A model generated the notes under the pieces. That model was not told the origin of the DNA. It worked only from the letters and a program-made list of their open reading frames with translations, and did no database searches. Below are positions 1 through 9,643 of a stretch of DNA of 64,000 nt, in pieces. This stretch comes from an uncultured Trueperaceae bacterium. GTDB taxonomy: Bacteria > Deinococcota > Deinococci > Deinococcales > Trueperaceae. The stretch is from NCBI GenBank assembly GCA_963727505.1, contig CAVSGP010000008.1:17704-81703 (forward strand), given 5' to 3'. The first letter of the stretch is position 1. Each line of letters begins with the position of its first letter. Made by a program: the position numbers and the translations under genes.

Positions 1-157
1 TCTCGAGGTGGCGGCTCATCACCACGACGCGCGCGCCGGCGCCGGCCAGGGTCTCCGAGAGGCCTGCTCCGAGCCCGCCGCTGCCGCCGGTGACCACGGC
101 CACCGCGCCGGCCAGGCGGCTCTGCGTGTCGGGCGTCGGGACGGGGCGGGCGCTCAT
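1..157 (-). CDS. SDR-family oxidoreductase, N-terminal part only (runs off the window); possibly fructuronate/mannonate oxidoreductase
   Basis: Hand translation MSARPVPTPDTQSRLAGAVAVVTGGSGGLGAGLSETLAGAGARVVV contains the TGxxxGLG Rossmann motif. The ATG overlaps the uxaE stop (ATGA). Confidence 0.8.
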   Translation of the reverse strand, partial: MSARPVPTPDTQSRLAGAVAVVTGGSGGLGAGLSETLAGAGARVVVMSRHLE

Positions 158-1668
158 CGCGCGGCCTCCGCGAAGGGCCGCACGTGCTTCACGAAGTGGC
201 GGTCGAGCGCGGCGTAGTGCTCGTCCTCGTGCGCGCGCAGCTCGCGCTGCAGCGCGTCCCCGTAGGCTTCCAGGGCGGAGCCGAAGGTGACGTGCAGCAC
301 CTGCCGGGCGTCGAACTGGTCGAGTAGCCCGGGCAGGTCGCCGTCGCTCAGCGCGCCCTCCTCCGGGACCTTCTCGAGTTGCGCGGAGATGTGGTAGCTG
401 GCTCGGTCGGTGGGATAGCGCACCCGCGCGAACGCGAGGATCTCCCGGAACAGCGCGGGGGCCACGCCGGCGATCACCCGCAGCGCCTCCAGGTAGGAGG
501 TGCCCGCCGTCTTGAGGTGGGCCAGGCCGCCGGTGGCCCTCGTGAACGGCCCGTAGACGGAGAACTTGTCCGAACCGGAGTGCAGGCTCAGCTTGTAGGG
601 CCCCAGCGCGCGGGCGATGGCGGCGTGGCGCTTCAGCTCGACGGTGAGCGCGTCGACGTCACCGATGTAGTCCACGCCCTTCTCGAAGCGGCCGGGGAAG
701 CGTGGGGCGAGGCTCACCCAGACGACGCCCAGGCGCTTCAGCTCGAGCGCGATGAAGGCGTGCTCGGCCGGCGAGGTGGGGGTCCCGGTCTCGTCGACGG
801 AGACTTCGAAGTCGAAGCTCTCCTTGCGCGCGGCGAGGTGGCGGTACATGCGCGCCACGTGCGCCAGCGCGGCGCCGTACTTGGCCGCGGCGCGCAGGAC
901 CTGCTCGCGCTCGAGGGTGATGCGTTCGTCCTCGAGCTCGACGGTGCGGCCGACGTACGCCTTCTCCATGGCTTCGCGGGTGGTCTCGAGCCCCTCCCAG
1001 GGCAGGGCCGCCAGGCGCCGCTCCAGATCGGCGGCGTCCGCGCCGTCGGCGTCGTCGTCGACGTGGTCGCCGGGGTCGACGGTGAAGAAGGAGAAGCCGG
1101 CGTCGACGCAGGCGTCGATGTGCTCGGGGAGCTTGAGGTGATCGGCGTCGGCGCCCAGCGGGCCACGCCAGCCGGCCTCGAAGGCGCCGAAGGTGGCGTC
1201 GCGCAGCACCTCGGTGGGCGAGCGCCGGGTGCGCGTCATCTCGCGGATCGATTGCTGCGCGAAGATGGGCGCCACCAGCCCGCCGGCCGCGCCGGCACTG
1301 CCGAGCGAGCGCACGTGGCCCGGGGTGGCGATGCCGAGGCGATCGCCGAAGCCCGCCGAGGTGGCGAGCCCGAGCGGACGCGGCGCCAGGTCGGGCAGGG
1401 TCGCGCGGAGGGCGGCGGCGTTGGCGTCGTTGAGCGGGCAGCGCAGCAGCGCCAGGCCGTCGACGGTGCCGGCGGGGGCGCCCTCGAAGCGCTCCAGCAC
1501 GGCCGAAGCCGGCGGGGCGGCGACCAGCAGGCGCTTGCCGTAGGCGCCGCGCTCGAGCACCAGCACGGCGCGGGCGCCATCGAGGTCGATGTCGGCGCGG
1601 GAGCCCGGGTAGAGCTGCGCGTCGTTTCTCACCAACCGATCGGTGGGAAGGGCGGCGGGTCGGGTCAT
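154..1668 (-). CDS. uxaE: Tagaturonate/fructuronate epimerase UxaE family
   Basis: Motifs GFGDRLG, AQQSIREM, GADADHLK, EVSVDET, KLSLHSGSDKF, HLKTAGTSYLEALR. Confidence 0.9.
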   Translation of the reverse strand: MTRPAALPTDRLVRNDAQLYPGSRADIDLDGARAVLVLERGAYGKRLLVAAPPASAVLERFEGAPAGTVDGLALLRCPLNDANAAALRATLPDLAPRPLGLATSAGFGDRLGIATPGHVRSLGSAGAAGGLVAPIFAQQSIREMTRTRRSPTEVLRDATFGAFEAGWRGPLGADADHLKLPEHIDACVDAGFSFFTVDPGDHVDDDADGADAADLERRLAALPWEGLETTREAMEKAYVGRTVELEDERITLEREQVLRAAAKYGAALAHVARMYRHLAARKESFDFEVSVDETGTPTSPAEHAFIALELKRLGVVWVSLAPRFPGRFEKGVDYIGDVDALTVELKRHAAIARALGPYKLSLHSGSDKFSVYGPFTRATGGLAHLKTAGTSYLEALRVIAGVAPALFREILAFARVRYPTDRASYHISAQLEKVPEEGALSDGDLPGLLDQFDARQVLHVTFGSALEAYGDALQRELRAHEDEHYAALDRHFVKHVRPFAEAAR

Positions 1669-2714
1669 GGGCGAACCTCCTCAGCTCGCGGCGTGGAGGG
1701 TGACGGTCGTGTGCCAGCAGCCACGGTGCTGCCGCGCACCACCAGGGTGGGCCTGAGCACCACCTCGGCGTGCACGTTGCGGCCGGCGATGCGGTCCAGC
1801 AGGATGCGCATCGCGTTGACGCCGAGATCGTACTTGGGGACGTGGAGGGTGGTCAGCGGCGGCGTGAACATGCGGGCGAAGGCGATGTCGTCGAAGCCGA
1901 CGACCGCGACGTCCTGCGGCACCCGCAGCCCCGCCGCCGCGCACGCCTGCAGGGCGCCCGCCGCGACGAGGTCGTTGTAGCACAGCAGCGCGTCGAGGGG
2001 TCCCGCCATCTCGAACAGGCGGGCGGCCGCGTCGGCCCCTTCATCGATGTAGGGCGCCGTCTTGACCATCCGGTCGGGGGCCAGCGGCATGCCGCGCGCC
2101 TCGAGCCCGGCACGGATGCCTTCCAGGCGCTCGCGGGCGGCGAAGGAGCCGTCGGGCCCGGCGAGGACGCCGATGCGGCGGCGCCCCAGCGCCAGTAGGT
2201 GGTCGATGGCCTGCATGACGCCGCTGACGTGATCGAGGCGCACGGCGCCGGCGACCTCGGGCGGCGCCGTGCGGTTGACGACGACGGCCGCCCGGTGGCT
2301 GCGCAACAGGGCATGGAGTTGCCGCTCGGGCAACCGCGGGCTCACCACGATGACGCCGTCCACGCGCCGCTCCTCCATCAGGCGCAGGAGCGTGGCCTCG
2401 CGCCGCTGATCCTCGACGGCGTTGCTCAGGAACACCCCGTAACCCGCCTCCAGCGCCACGTCCTCGGCGCCGCGGACGATCTCGGGGAAGTAGGGGTTGG
2501 TGATGTCGGGGACGAGCAGGCCGAGCGTGTGGGAACGGCTGGCCTTGAGACCGCGGGCGAGGCTGTTGCGGCGATAGCCGAGCTTGCCGATCGCGGCGCG
2601 CACCTGCGTCCGCCGCCGCTCGCTCACGCCCGGCTGCTCGTTGAGTACGCGCGACACGGTCATCGCGGACACGCCGGCCTCGCGCGCTACGTCCTGGATG
2701 GTGACACGTGCCAT
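1665..2714 (-). CDS. LacI-family transcriptional regulator
   Basis: N-terminal TIQDVAREAGVSAMTVSRVLN HTH; sugar-binding domain with VPQDVAVVGFDD and PPLTT. Confidence 0.95.
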   Translation of the reverse strand: MARVTIQDVAREAGVSAMTVSRVLNEQPGVSERRRTQVRAAIGKLGYRRNSLARGLKASRSHTLGLLVPDITNPYFPEIVRGAEDVALEAGYGVFLSNAVEDQRREATLLRLMEERRVDGVIVVSPRLPERQLHALLRSHRAAVVVNRTAPPEVAGAVRLDHVSGVMQAIDHLLALGRRRIGVLAGPDGSFAARERLEGIRAGLEARGMPLAPDRMVKTAPYIDEGADAAARLFEMAGPLDALLCYNDLVAAGALQACAAAGLRVPQDVAVVGFDDIAFARMFTPPLTTLHVPKYDLGVNAMRILLDRIAGRNVHAEVVLRPTLVVRGSTVAAGTRPSPSTPRAEEVRP

Positions 2715-2831
2715 GTCCGAAAGGTCCGCTCCGTCCTCGTTCGACGTTAACGATACCAGACCCTACGGCGCCGTGGCGCCGCTGTGGCGGGGACTTCGCG
2801 GAAACGTCGACGCAGGCGGGACATCGTGTCG

Positions 2832-2860
2832 TTGACACCTCTCAGGGGCCGTGCTAGCGT
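2832..2860 (+). promoter_or_regulatory. Sigma70-type promoter for the TRAP operon
   Basis: TTGACA-17 bp-TAGCGT with extended TGn. Confidence 0.7.
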
Positions 2861-2921
2861 TCAAGAGATGTCCACACCACGCCCTCGGCTCGCGTGGACC
2901 CACGAGCTTGCGTTCGTCCGC

Positions 2922-2937
2922 GAACGTTAACGTTCAC
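2922..2937. promoter_or_regulatory. Putative LacI-type operator
   Basis: Perfect palindrome GAACGTTAACGTTC (2922-2935). A related site CGTTAACGATACC lies at 2745-2757 next to the lacI start. Confidence 0.6.
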
Positions 2938-3035
2938 GTGTAGTACGGGAGGGGTTTGCGAGACGAGAGGGCGACCGCGTTCCGGAGGATCTCCGCGCGG
3001 GTGGGGTCCGGTCGTGTACCGGAGAAGGGAGATGC

Positions 3036-4013
3036 ATGCGACGCTTCGTGACGTCCCTGTTCGTCCTGGCCACCTTGATGATGGGGGTGGCGACCGCCCA
3101 GCAGATCACGCTCAAGGCGGCCGACAACCAGCCCGAGGACTACCCGACCGTCCAAGGGCTCAAGTTCATGGCCAACTATCTCGATGCCGCCACCAACGGG
3201 CGCATCAAGATGGAGGTCTTCGCCGGCGGTCAGCTCGGCGACGAGCGCTCCACCATCGAGCAGGTCCAGCTCGGCGTCATCGACGTCGTGCGTACCTCGA
3301 CCAGCCCGGTCGGCGAGTTCTACGCGCCCATGGGCGTCTACAGCATGCCCTACATCTTCCGCAACGCCGCCCACATGTGGAAGGTCGTGCAGGGCCCGAT
3401 CGGGCGCGAGCTGCTCGACGGCCTGAAGCAGGCGAACCTCGTGGGGCTCGCCTACTACGACTCCGGCAGCCGCAACTTCTACACCACCAAGTCCGCCGGT
3501 CCCATCAAGAGCGTGGCCGATCTCAAGGGGATGCGCATCCGCACGCAGCAGAGCGAGGTCGTGCTCGACATGATGAAGGCGCTGGGCGCGGAGCCCGTTC
3601 CGATGGCCTTCGGTGAGGTCTACAGCTCGCTGCAGACCGGTGTCATCGACGGCGCCGAGAACAACTTCCCCTCCTACGGTCCGCAGGGCGTCCGCCACTA
3701 CGAGGTGGCCCCCTACTTCACGCTCGACGGTCACGCCCGCGTGCCCGAGGTCGTGATGATCAGCAAGTCCACCTGGGACAAGCTCAGCCCCGAGGACCAG
3801 AGCCTGGTTCGCGAGGCCGCGCTGGCCAGCGTGCCCGTGGAGATGGCGCTGTGGGCGCAGCTCTCCAACACCAGCCGCGACGAGGTCGTGAAGGCCGGCA
3901 GCGAGATCATCACGGTCGACACCGCCGAGTTCCAGGCCGCCATGAAGCCGGTCTACGACAAGTACGGCTCGCAGTACGGCGACCTCATCCAGCGCATCGT
4001 CGACACCAAGTAG
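3036..4013 (+). CDS. dctP: TRAP transporter substrate-binding protein (probably uronate/sugar acid)
   Basis: Signal peptide; GQLGDE, DLKGMRIR, EVYSSLQTGVIDGAENN motifs. Confidence 0.93.
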   Translation: MRRFVTSLFVLATLMMGVATAQQITLKAADNQPEDYPTVQGLKFMANYLDAATNGRIKMEVFAGGQLGDERSTIEQVQLGVIDVVRTSTSPVGEFYAPMGVYSMPYIFRNAAHMWKVVQGPIGRELLDGLKQANLVGLAYYDSGSRNFYTTKSAGPIKSVADLKGMRIRTQQSEVVLDMMKALGAEPVPMAFGEVYSSLQTGVIDGAENNFPSYGPQGVRHYEVAPYFTLDGHARVPEVVMISKSTWDKLSPEDQSLVREAALASVPVEMALWAQLSNTSRDEVVKAGSEIITVDTAEFQAAMKPVYDKYGSQYGDLIQRIVDTK

Positions 4014-4029
4014 AGGGGGTCGCGACCTC

Positions 4030-5958
4030 GTGACCCAACAGGCCGGCGCGGAGGGGGGAGCCCCCCCTCCGCGCCACCTCTATCAGCGCATCGAGGACGT
4101 CGTCGTCGGCATCGTGCGCGCGGTCGTGGTCGGCCTGCTGGTCGGCATCGTGTTCGCCATCTCCTGGCAGGTGCTGACGCGCTACGTTCCGGGGCTGCCG
4201 GTGCCGCGCTGGACCGAGGAGGTCAGCCTCATCCTGATGGTGTGGCTCGCCATGGTCGGCAGCGCGCTGGCCGTGCGCACCGGCGAGCACCTGGCCATGG
4301 ACATCCTCCACCGCCAGGTCGACCCCCGCCTGCGGGACCCGCTGGTCCGGCTGGTGTGGCTGCTGGCCGCCGCTTTCGGCGCCTACCTGGTCTGGTACGG
4401 CTGGGAGCTGTCGATGCGCACCATGATGCAGACGTTCTCGGCCACCAAGTGGCCGATCGGCTGGATGTACCTCGGCATCCCGGTCGGCGGCGCGCTGATG
4501 CTGTTCTTTTCGGCGAAGAACATCCTTCTGCCGCCGCGGTCGTCCTACGACGAGGCAGAGGAGCGGACCACCGGCCGGAACCCGCTGGTCCGCCTGGCAT
4601 TCATCGCCATCGTGGCGGCGCTGGTGGTGGGCGTGGTCGCCCTCTTCGGGTTCGACAGGCTCTTCGGTCCCATCGGGGCGCTACTGGGAACGTTCGGCGT
4701 GCTGCTGGTGCTGGGCGTGCCGATCGCCTTCGGGCTGGGCATCGCCAGCCTGGTGACGGTGCTGATGCTCGGCATCCCGCCGCTGATCGTCGCGCAGCGC
4801 ATGGCCAACGGCGTCAACTCCACCCCGCTCCTCGCGATCCCGTTCTTCATCATGGCCGGCCAGCTCATGGCCGAGGGCGGCATCGCTGCCCGCTTGGTCG
4901 ACTTCGCGCGGGTCCTGGTGGGTCCCATCCGCGGCGGCCTGGCGATGGTCAACGTGGTGGCGTCGATGCTGTTCGGCGGCGCCTCCGGCTCGGCCGTGGG
5001 AGACGTGAGCGCCAACGGCTCGATCCTCATCCCGATGATGAAGAAGAAGGGCTACGACACCGACTTCGCGGTCGGGATCACCGTCGCCAGCTCCACCCAG
5101 GGCCTCATCATCCCGCCCAGCCACAACGCCGTGATCTACTCGCTGGCGGCCGGCGGCGTGTCGATCGGCGCTCTCTTCCTGGGCGGCTACATCCCTGGCA
5201 TCATGATCGGCCTGGGGTTGATGGTGGCCAGCTATGTGATCGCCCTGCGACGCGGCTACCCCTCCGAGGCGAGGCCGCCGCTGAGGCAGAGCGCGCGCAT
5301 CTCGCTCGAGGCCATCCCCGCCCTCGGGGTGGGCTTCATCATCGTCGGCGGCATCGCCTTCGGCTTCTTCACCGCCACCGAGGCCGCCGCCATCGGCACC
5401 GTCACGGCGTTCCTGGTGGGCGCCTTCGTGTACCGCGAGCTCACCCCCCGCAAGCTGTGGGACGCGCTGCTGCAGTCGGTGCGGACCATCTCGATCGTCA
5501 TCTTCCTGATCTCCACCGCCAGCGCCTTCGCCTGGCTCATGGCCTACCTGCGCATCCCCTCGCTGCTGGCGTCCGGGCTGCTGTCGCTGACGCACGACCG
5601 GATCCTGCTGCTGCTGTTCATCAACATCCTCCTGCTGCTGCTGGGCGCGATCATGGACATGGCGCCGCTCATCCTGATCCTCACGCCGGTGCTGCTGCCC
5701 ATCGTCACGGCGCCTCCCATCAACATGAACCCGGTGCACTTCGGGATCGTGTTGCTCATGAACCTCGGCCTGGGGCTCACCACGCCGCCGGTCGGCACGG
5801 CGCTGTTCGTGGGGTGCGCCATCGGCAACATCCGCATCGAGCGCGCCAGCCGGGCGATGCTCTATCTGTGGCCGGCCATGGTCATCGTGCTGCTGCTGGT
5901 CACCTACGTGCCGTGGTTCGTCAACTTCCTGCCCGACCTCCTGCACGTCCTCCGGTGA
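4030..5958 (+). CDS. TRAP transporter fused small+large permease (DctQ-DctM)
   Basis: N-terminal DctQ part (WTEE, HLAMD) followed by DctM motifs LLAIPFF, IIPPS, TATEAA, PVHFG, TPPVG. Confidence 0.92.
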   Translation: MTQQAGAEGGAPPPRHLYQRIEDVVVGIVRAVVVGLLVGIVFAISWQVLTRYVPGLPVPRWTEEVSLILMVWLAMVGSALAVRTGEHLAMDILHRQVDPRLRDPLVRLVWLLAAAFGAYLVWYGWELSMRTMMQTFSATKWPIGWMYLGIPVGGALMLFFSAKNILLPPRSSYDEAEERTTGRNPLVRLAFIAIVAALVVGVVALFGFDRLFGPIGALLGTFGVLLVLGVPIAFGLGIASLVTVLMLGIPPLIVAQRMANGVNSTPLLAIPFFIMAGQLMAEGGIAARLVDFARVLVGPIRGGLAMVNVVASMLFGGASGSAVGDVSANGSILIPMMKKKGYDTDFAVGITVASSTQGLIIPPSHNAVIYSLAAGGVSIGALFLGGYIPGIMIGLGLMVASYVIALRRGYPSEARPPLRQSARISLEAIPALGVGFIIVGGIAFGFFTATEAAAIGTVTAFLVGAFVYRELTPRKLWDALLQSVRTISIVIFLISTASAFAWLMAYLRIPSLLASGLLSLTHDRILLLLFINILLLLLGAIMDMAPLILILTPVLLPIVTAPPINMNPVHFGIVLLMNLGLGLTTPPVGTALFVGCAIGNIRIERASRAMLYLWPAMVIVLLLVTYVPWFVNFLPDLLHVLR

Positions 5959-6000
5959 CGGTGGGATGGGCCCGCTTCGCAACCGGTAGCGAAAGGACCA

Positions 6001-6029
6001 TGGACGCTCCAGACGCAGCGGGGTAGACT
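6001..6029 (+). promoter_or_regulatory. Putative promoter of the Ugp-like ABC operon
   Basis: TGGACG-17 bp-TAGACT. Confidence 0.5.
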
Positions 6030-6261
6030 TGAACCCTGGACACGCGACCAGCGGATAGGGGAACGGGGAGCGCACGTGGCGCTTCCCTCGGAGCCGCCAA
6101 GGGAGGCTCGACGCCCCACCCGTACCGGTCGCCTTCGGCCGCCAGAAGCACGCGGCGCCACCGGAGGAAGCGAGTCGGCACGTAACGCGTTGCCGTCAGA
6201 CGAAGCCATGACGGACGGGTGCTACGTTGACGCCGACTTCACAGGAAGGGAAAGGGGAACC

Positions 6262-7560
6262 ATGAAGCGTATCGTCATCCTGTTCTCGCTGCTCGCACTG
6301 CTCGGCAGCACCGCGCTGGCGCAGACGAAGATCGATTTCTTCGAAGCGTTCAGCACGGAGCGGCTCCAGTGGATCAAGGACCGCGCCGCGGAGTGGAACA
6401 AGCAGAACCCGAACTACGAGATCGTGGTCACGCCCAAGGCGTCCTACCGCGACGTCCTCAACGCCGCGGTGCTCGGCGCCCGGCAGGGCAACCCGCCGGC
6501 GCTGGTGCAGCTCTTCGAGGTCGGCAGCCAGCAGGCCAAGGACTCCGGCCTGTTCATCCCGGTCGGCGATATCCCCGGCAGCTTCGACACCAGCGATTAC
6601 ATCAAGCCGGTGCTCGACTACTACACCATCGACGGTACGGTGAACTCCATCCCGTTCAACTCCTCGAACGCGGTGATGTTCGTCAACAAGGCCATGATGC
6701 AGAAGGCGGGCCTCGATCCCAACAACCCGCCCAAGACCTACAGCGACGTGATCAACGACTGCGCCGCGCTGCGCGCCGCCGGTGACACGCAGGACAGCTG
6801 CATCACCTTCGCCCTGCACAGCTGGTTCTTCGAGCAGTGGATGGCCGAGCAGAACGCGCCCCTGGTCAACAACGACAACGGCCGCGGCGGCCGCGCGACC
6901 CAGGTGCTGCTGACGAGCCAGCCGTCGCTGAACATCGTCAGCTGGATCAAGGAACTCAACGACAAGGGCTACTACACCTACACCGGCAAGCTCGAGGACT
7001 GGAACGGTAGCGAGGCCATCTTCAACCAGGGCCAGGCCATGTTCCACATCGACTCGACCTCCGAGGTGAACGCCATCAGCAAGGCCGGCCAGGACGGTGG
7101 CTGGGGTGCCGCCACGGCCGCGCTGCCCATCGCCGACAACGCGCCCCGTGAGGGCGTCGTCATCGGCGGCGCTTCGCTGTGGATCGCCAAGGGCGTGCCG
7201 CAGGACGTGCAGCAGGCCGCCCGCAACTTCGCGCTGTACATGACCGACACCCAGAACATGATCAGCTGGCACAAGCTCACCGGCTACTTCCCGGTGCGCA
7301 TCAGCTCGGTCAACCAGCTCGACAAGGAAGGCTGGTTCCGCGACAACCCCAACTACGCCGTCGCGTTCAAGCAGCTCCTCGACACCAAGGCCTCGCCCGC
7401 CACGGCCGGCGCCCTGATGGGCCCGTTCCCGCAGGTGCGGACCATCATCGAAGAGGGCATCCAGAAGGTCCTCAACGGCGCCTCGGTCGATTCGGCCATG
7501 GGCCAGGCCGAGAAGCTGGCCAACCAGGCCCTGCAGCAGTACAACAGCAACTTCCAGTAA
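6262..7560 (+). CDS. ABC transporter substrate-binding protein, UgpB-like (CUT1)
   Basis: Purine-rich RBS before ATG 6262; signal peptide MKRIVILFSLLALLGSTALA; QLFEVG, PFNSS, GGASLW, TGYFP motifs. Confidence 0.85.
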   Translation: MKRIVILFSLLALLGSTALAQTKIDFFEAFSTERLQWIKDRAAEWNKQNPNYEIVVTPKASYRDVLNAAVLGARQGNPPALVQLFEVGSQQAKDSGLFIPVGDIPGSFDTSDYIKPVLDYYTIDGTVNSIPFNSSNAVMFVNKAMMQKAGLDPNNPPKTYSDVINDCAALRAAGDTQDSCITFALHSWFFEQWMAEQNAPLVNNDNGRGGRATQVLLTSQPSLNIVSWIKELNDKGYYTYTGKLEDWNGSEAIFNQGQAMFHIDSTSEVNAISKAGQDGGWGAATAALPIADNAPREGVVIGGASLWIAKGVPQDVQQAARNFALYMTDTQNMISWHKLTGYFPVRISSVNQLDKEGWFRDNPNYAVAFKQLLDTKASPATAGALMGPFPQVRTIIEEGIQKVLNGASVDSAMGQAEKLANQALQQYNSNFQ

Positions 7561-7570
7561 TCGCATCGAT

Positions 7571-7598
7571 GCCGGCGGCGGGGAGACCCGCCGCCGGC
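7571..7598 (+). terminator. GC hairpin after the binding-protein gene (mRNA stabiliser or attenuator)
   Basis: GCCGGCGGCGGG-GAGA-CCCGCCGCCGGC; no U-tract. Confidence 0.55.
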
Positions 7599-7659
7599 CC
7601 TCCATGACGTCCACGAGCGGCGCGGGCTCGGCACGCCGGCGGCGCCGCAGGAGCCCAGC

Positions 7660-8598
7660 ATGAACGAGGGAACGCCCGTATTTAAGAGCTGGACGACGGC
7701 CTGGCTGCTGTTGCTGCCCACGGTCGTCATCCTGGTGATCTTCCTTTACTATCCCGCCCTCCAGTCGTTCGTCCTCAGCATGTACCGCAGCAACCTGATC
7801 CTGGGGACGCGCCGGTTCATCGGGTTGGAGAACTTCCGGCAGCTCTTCTCAGGCCTGCTGGCGCCGATGTACCGCCAGGTGGTGCTGCAGAGCGTGGTCT
7901 TCAGCGCCTCCGTGGTGATCCTGGGCCTGATCGTCAGCCTGGCCTTCGCGATGCTCGCCAACCAGAAGGTGACGGGCTCGCGCTTCTACCGGCTGCTGCT
8001 CATCTGGCCCTTCGCGCTGTCGCCGGCCATCGCCGGCACCATCTTCTCGTTCCTGTTCAACCCGCAGGTGGGCGAGGTCAACCAGGTCCTCTCCCGCGTG
8101 ATCGGTATCGCGCCGCGCTGGCTCGACAACCCGCTGCTGGCGTTCGGCCTGGTGGTCGGCGCAGCGATCTGGAAACAGCTCGGCTACAACGTCGTGTTCT
8201 ATCTCGCGGCGCTGCAGAACATCCCCGGGGAGCTGTCGGAGGCGGCCGCCATCGACGGTGCCAACGCCTGGCAGCGCTTCCGGGCGGTGACGCTGCCGCT
8301 GCTCTCGCCGATGACGTTCTTCCTGGTGTTCACCAACCTGGCCTACTCGTTCTTCGAGGTCTTCGGCCTCATCGATATCCTCACGAAGGGCGGCCCCGTG
8401 GGTCCGAGTGCGTTGCACCTGGACAACGCCGGCCTGACAACGACCATGATCTACCGCCTGTACCAGGACGGCTTCGGCGGCACCGGCAGCCTCGGCTTCG
8501 CCGGCGCACAGGGCGTGGTCCTGCTCCTGCTCGTCGCCGTCATCACGGTGTTGCAGTTCCGTTACGGCGGGCGCAACGTTCACTACGGAGGGGGCTGA
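7660..8598 (+). CDS. ABC transporter permease, UgpA-like
   Basis: Multiple TM segments; EAA loop ELSEAAAIDGANAWQRF. Confidence 0.9.
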   Translation: MNEGTPVFKSWTTAWLLLLPTVVILVIFLYYPALQSFVLSMYRSNLILGTRRFIGLENFRQLFSGLLAPMYRQVVLQSVVFSASVVILGLIVSLAFAMLANQKVTGSRFYRLLLIWPFALSPAIAGTIFSFLFNPQVGEVNQVLSRVIGIAPRWLDNPLLAFGLVVGAAIWKQLGYNVVFYLAALQNIPGELSEAAAIDGANAWQRFRAVTLPLLSPMTFFLVFTNLAYSFFEVFGLIDILTKGGPVGPSALHLDNAGLTTTMIYRLYQDGFGGTGSLGFAGAQGVVLLLLVAVITVLQFRYGGRNVHYGGG

Positions 8599-8599
8599 G

Positions 8600-9526
8600 A
8601 TGGCGGCGCGAACGGTGAGCACCGGGACGCCCACCCGCAAGGGTCGACGCCCCCGCACGCGTTGGCTCATCCACATCCTGTTGATCCTGAGCTGCCTGCT
8701 CGTGACGGGCCCGATCCTGTTCGCCTTCATCAAGGCGACGCAGACCACGGCACAGGTGCTTTCGCCGAGTATGGTGCCGGGCCTGGAGCTGTGGCACAAC
8801 GTGAAGACCGCCTGGGTGACCGCCGATCTCGGCATCTACATGCGCAACTCGCTGATCATCGCGTTCGCCGTGACCCTGGGCAAGACGATCCTGTCGCTGA
8901 TGGCGGGGATGGCGCTGGTGTACTTCCGGATCCCCTTCAAGCCCATCGTGTTCGGCTTCATCCTGCTGACGCTGATGATGCCCACGCAGGTGCTCATCGT
9001 GGGGCTGTTCGACCTGGTGTCGAAGCAGGCGCCGCCGACCTGGGTGGCGCTGCTCTCCTGGATCACGCATCCGCTGGCGCCCACGGCCTACGGCTTCAAC
9101 TGGTCGAACTCCTACTGGGCCATCATCGTGCCGTTCCTGGCCTCCGCGACCGGCGTGTTCCTATTCCGGCAGCATTTCATGTCGATCCCGGTGAGTCTGG
9201 CCGACGCCGCCAAGATCGACGGCGCCGGCCCGTTGCGCTTCCTGCTGAGCATCCTGGTGCCGATGAGCACCAACACCATCGGCGCGCTGGCCGTGATCCA
9301 GTTCGTCTACGTCTGGAACCAGTACCTGTGGCCGCTGGTCATCATCCGGCGCGCCGATCGGCAGGTGGTCCAGGTGGGCCTCAACCTGATCATCAGCACG
9401 GGGCAGGACACGGAGTGGGGACTGGTGATGGCCGGGGCCATCCTCGCGCTGATCCCGCCGCTGATCGTGTTCATGCTGCTTCAGGAGCAGTTCATGCGCG
9501 GCTTCGCGCTCTCCGCCGAGAAGTAA
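8600..9526 (+). CDS. ABC transporter permease, UgpE-like
   Basis: ASATGVFLFRQHF, DAAKIDGAG, WNQYLWPL. Confidence 0.9.
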   Translation: MAARTVSTGTPTRKGRRPRTRWLIHILLILSCLLVTGPILFAFIKATQTTAQVLSPSMVPGLELWHNVKTAWVTADLGIYMRNSLIIAFAVTLGKTILSLMAGMALVYFRIPFKPIVFGFILLTLMMPTQVLIVGLFDLVSKQAPPTWVALLSWITHPLAPTAYGFNWSNSYWAIIVPFLASATGVFLFRQHFMSIPVSLADAAKIDGAGPLRFLLSILVPMSTNTIGALAVIQFVYVWNQYLWPLVIIRRADRQVVQVGLNLIISTGQDTEWGLVMAGAILALIPPLIVFMLLQEQFMRGFALSAEK

Positions 9527-9571
9527 GGCGGCGCGGGTCACGCCCGGCGCCGCCCCCGTCCCCTACGCACG

Positions 9572-9605
9572 ACGCCCGCCCCGGAGACGACTCCGGGGCG
9601 GGCGT
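9572..9605. terminator. Hairpin between convergent genes
   Basis: ACGCCCGCCCCGGAG-ACGA-CTCCGGGGCGGGCGT. Confidence 0.65.
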
Positions 9606-9643
9606 GTGTCGGCGGTGCCGCACGGGACTGGCGCGCGCCGGTG

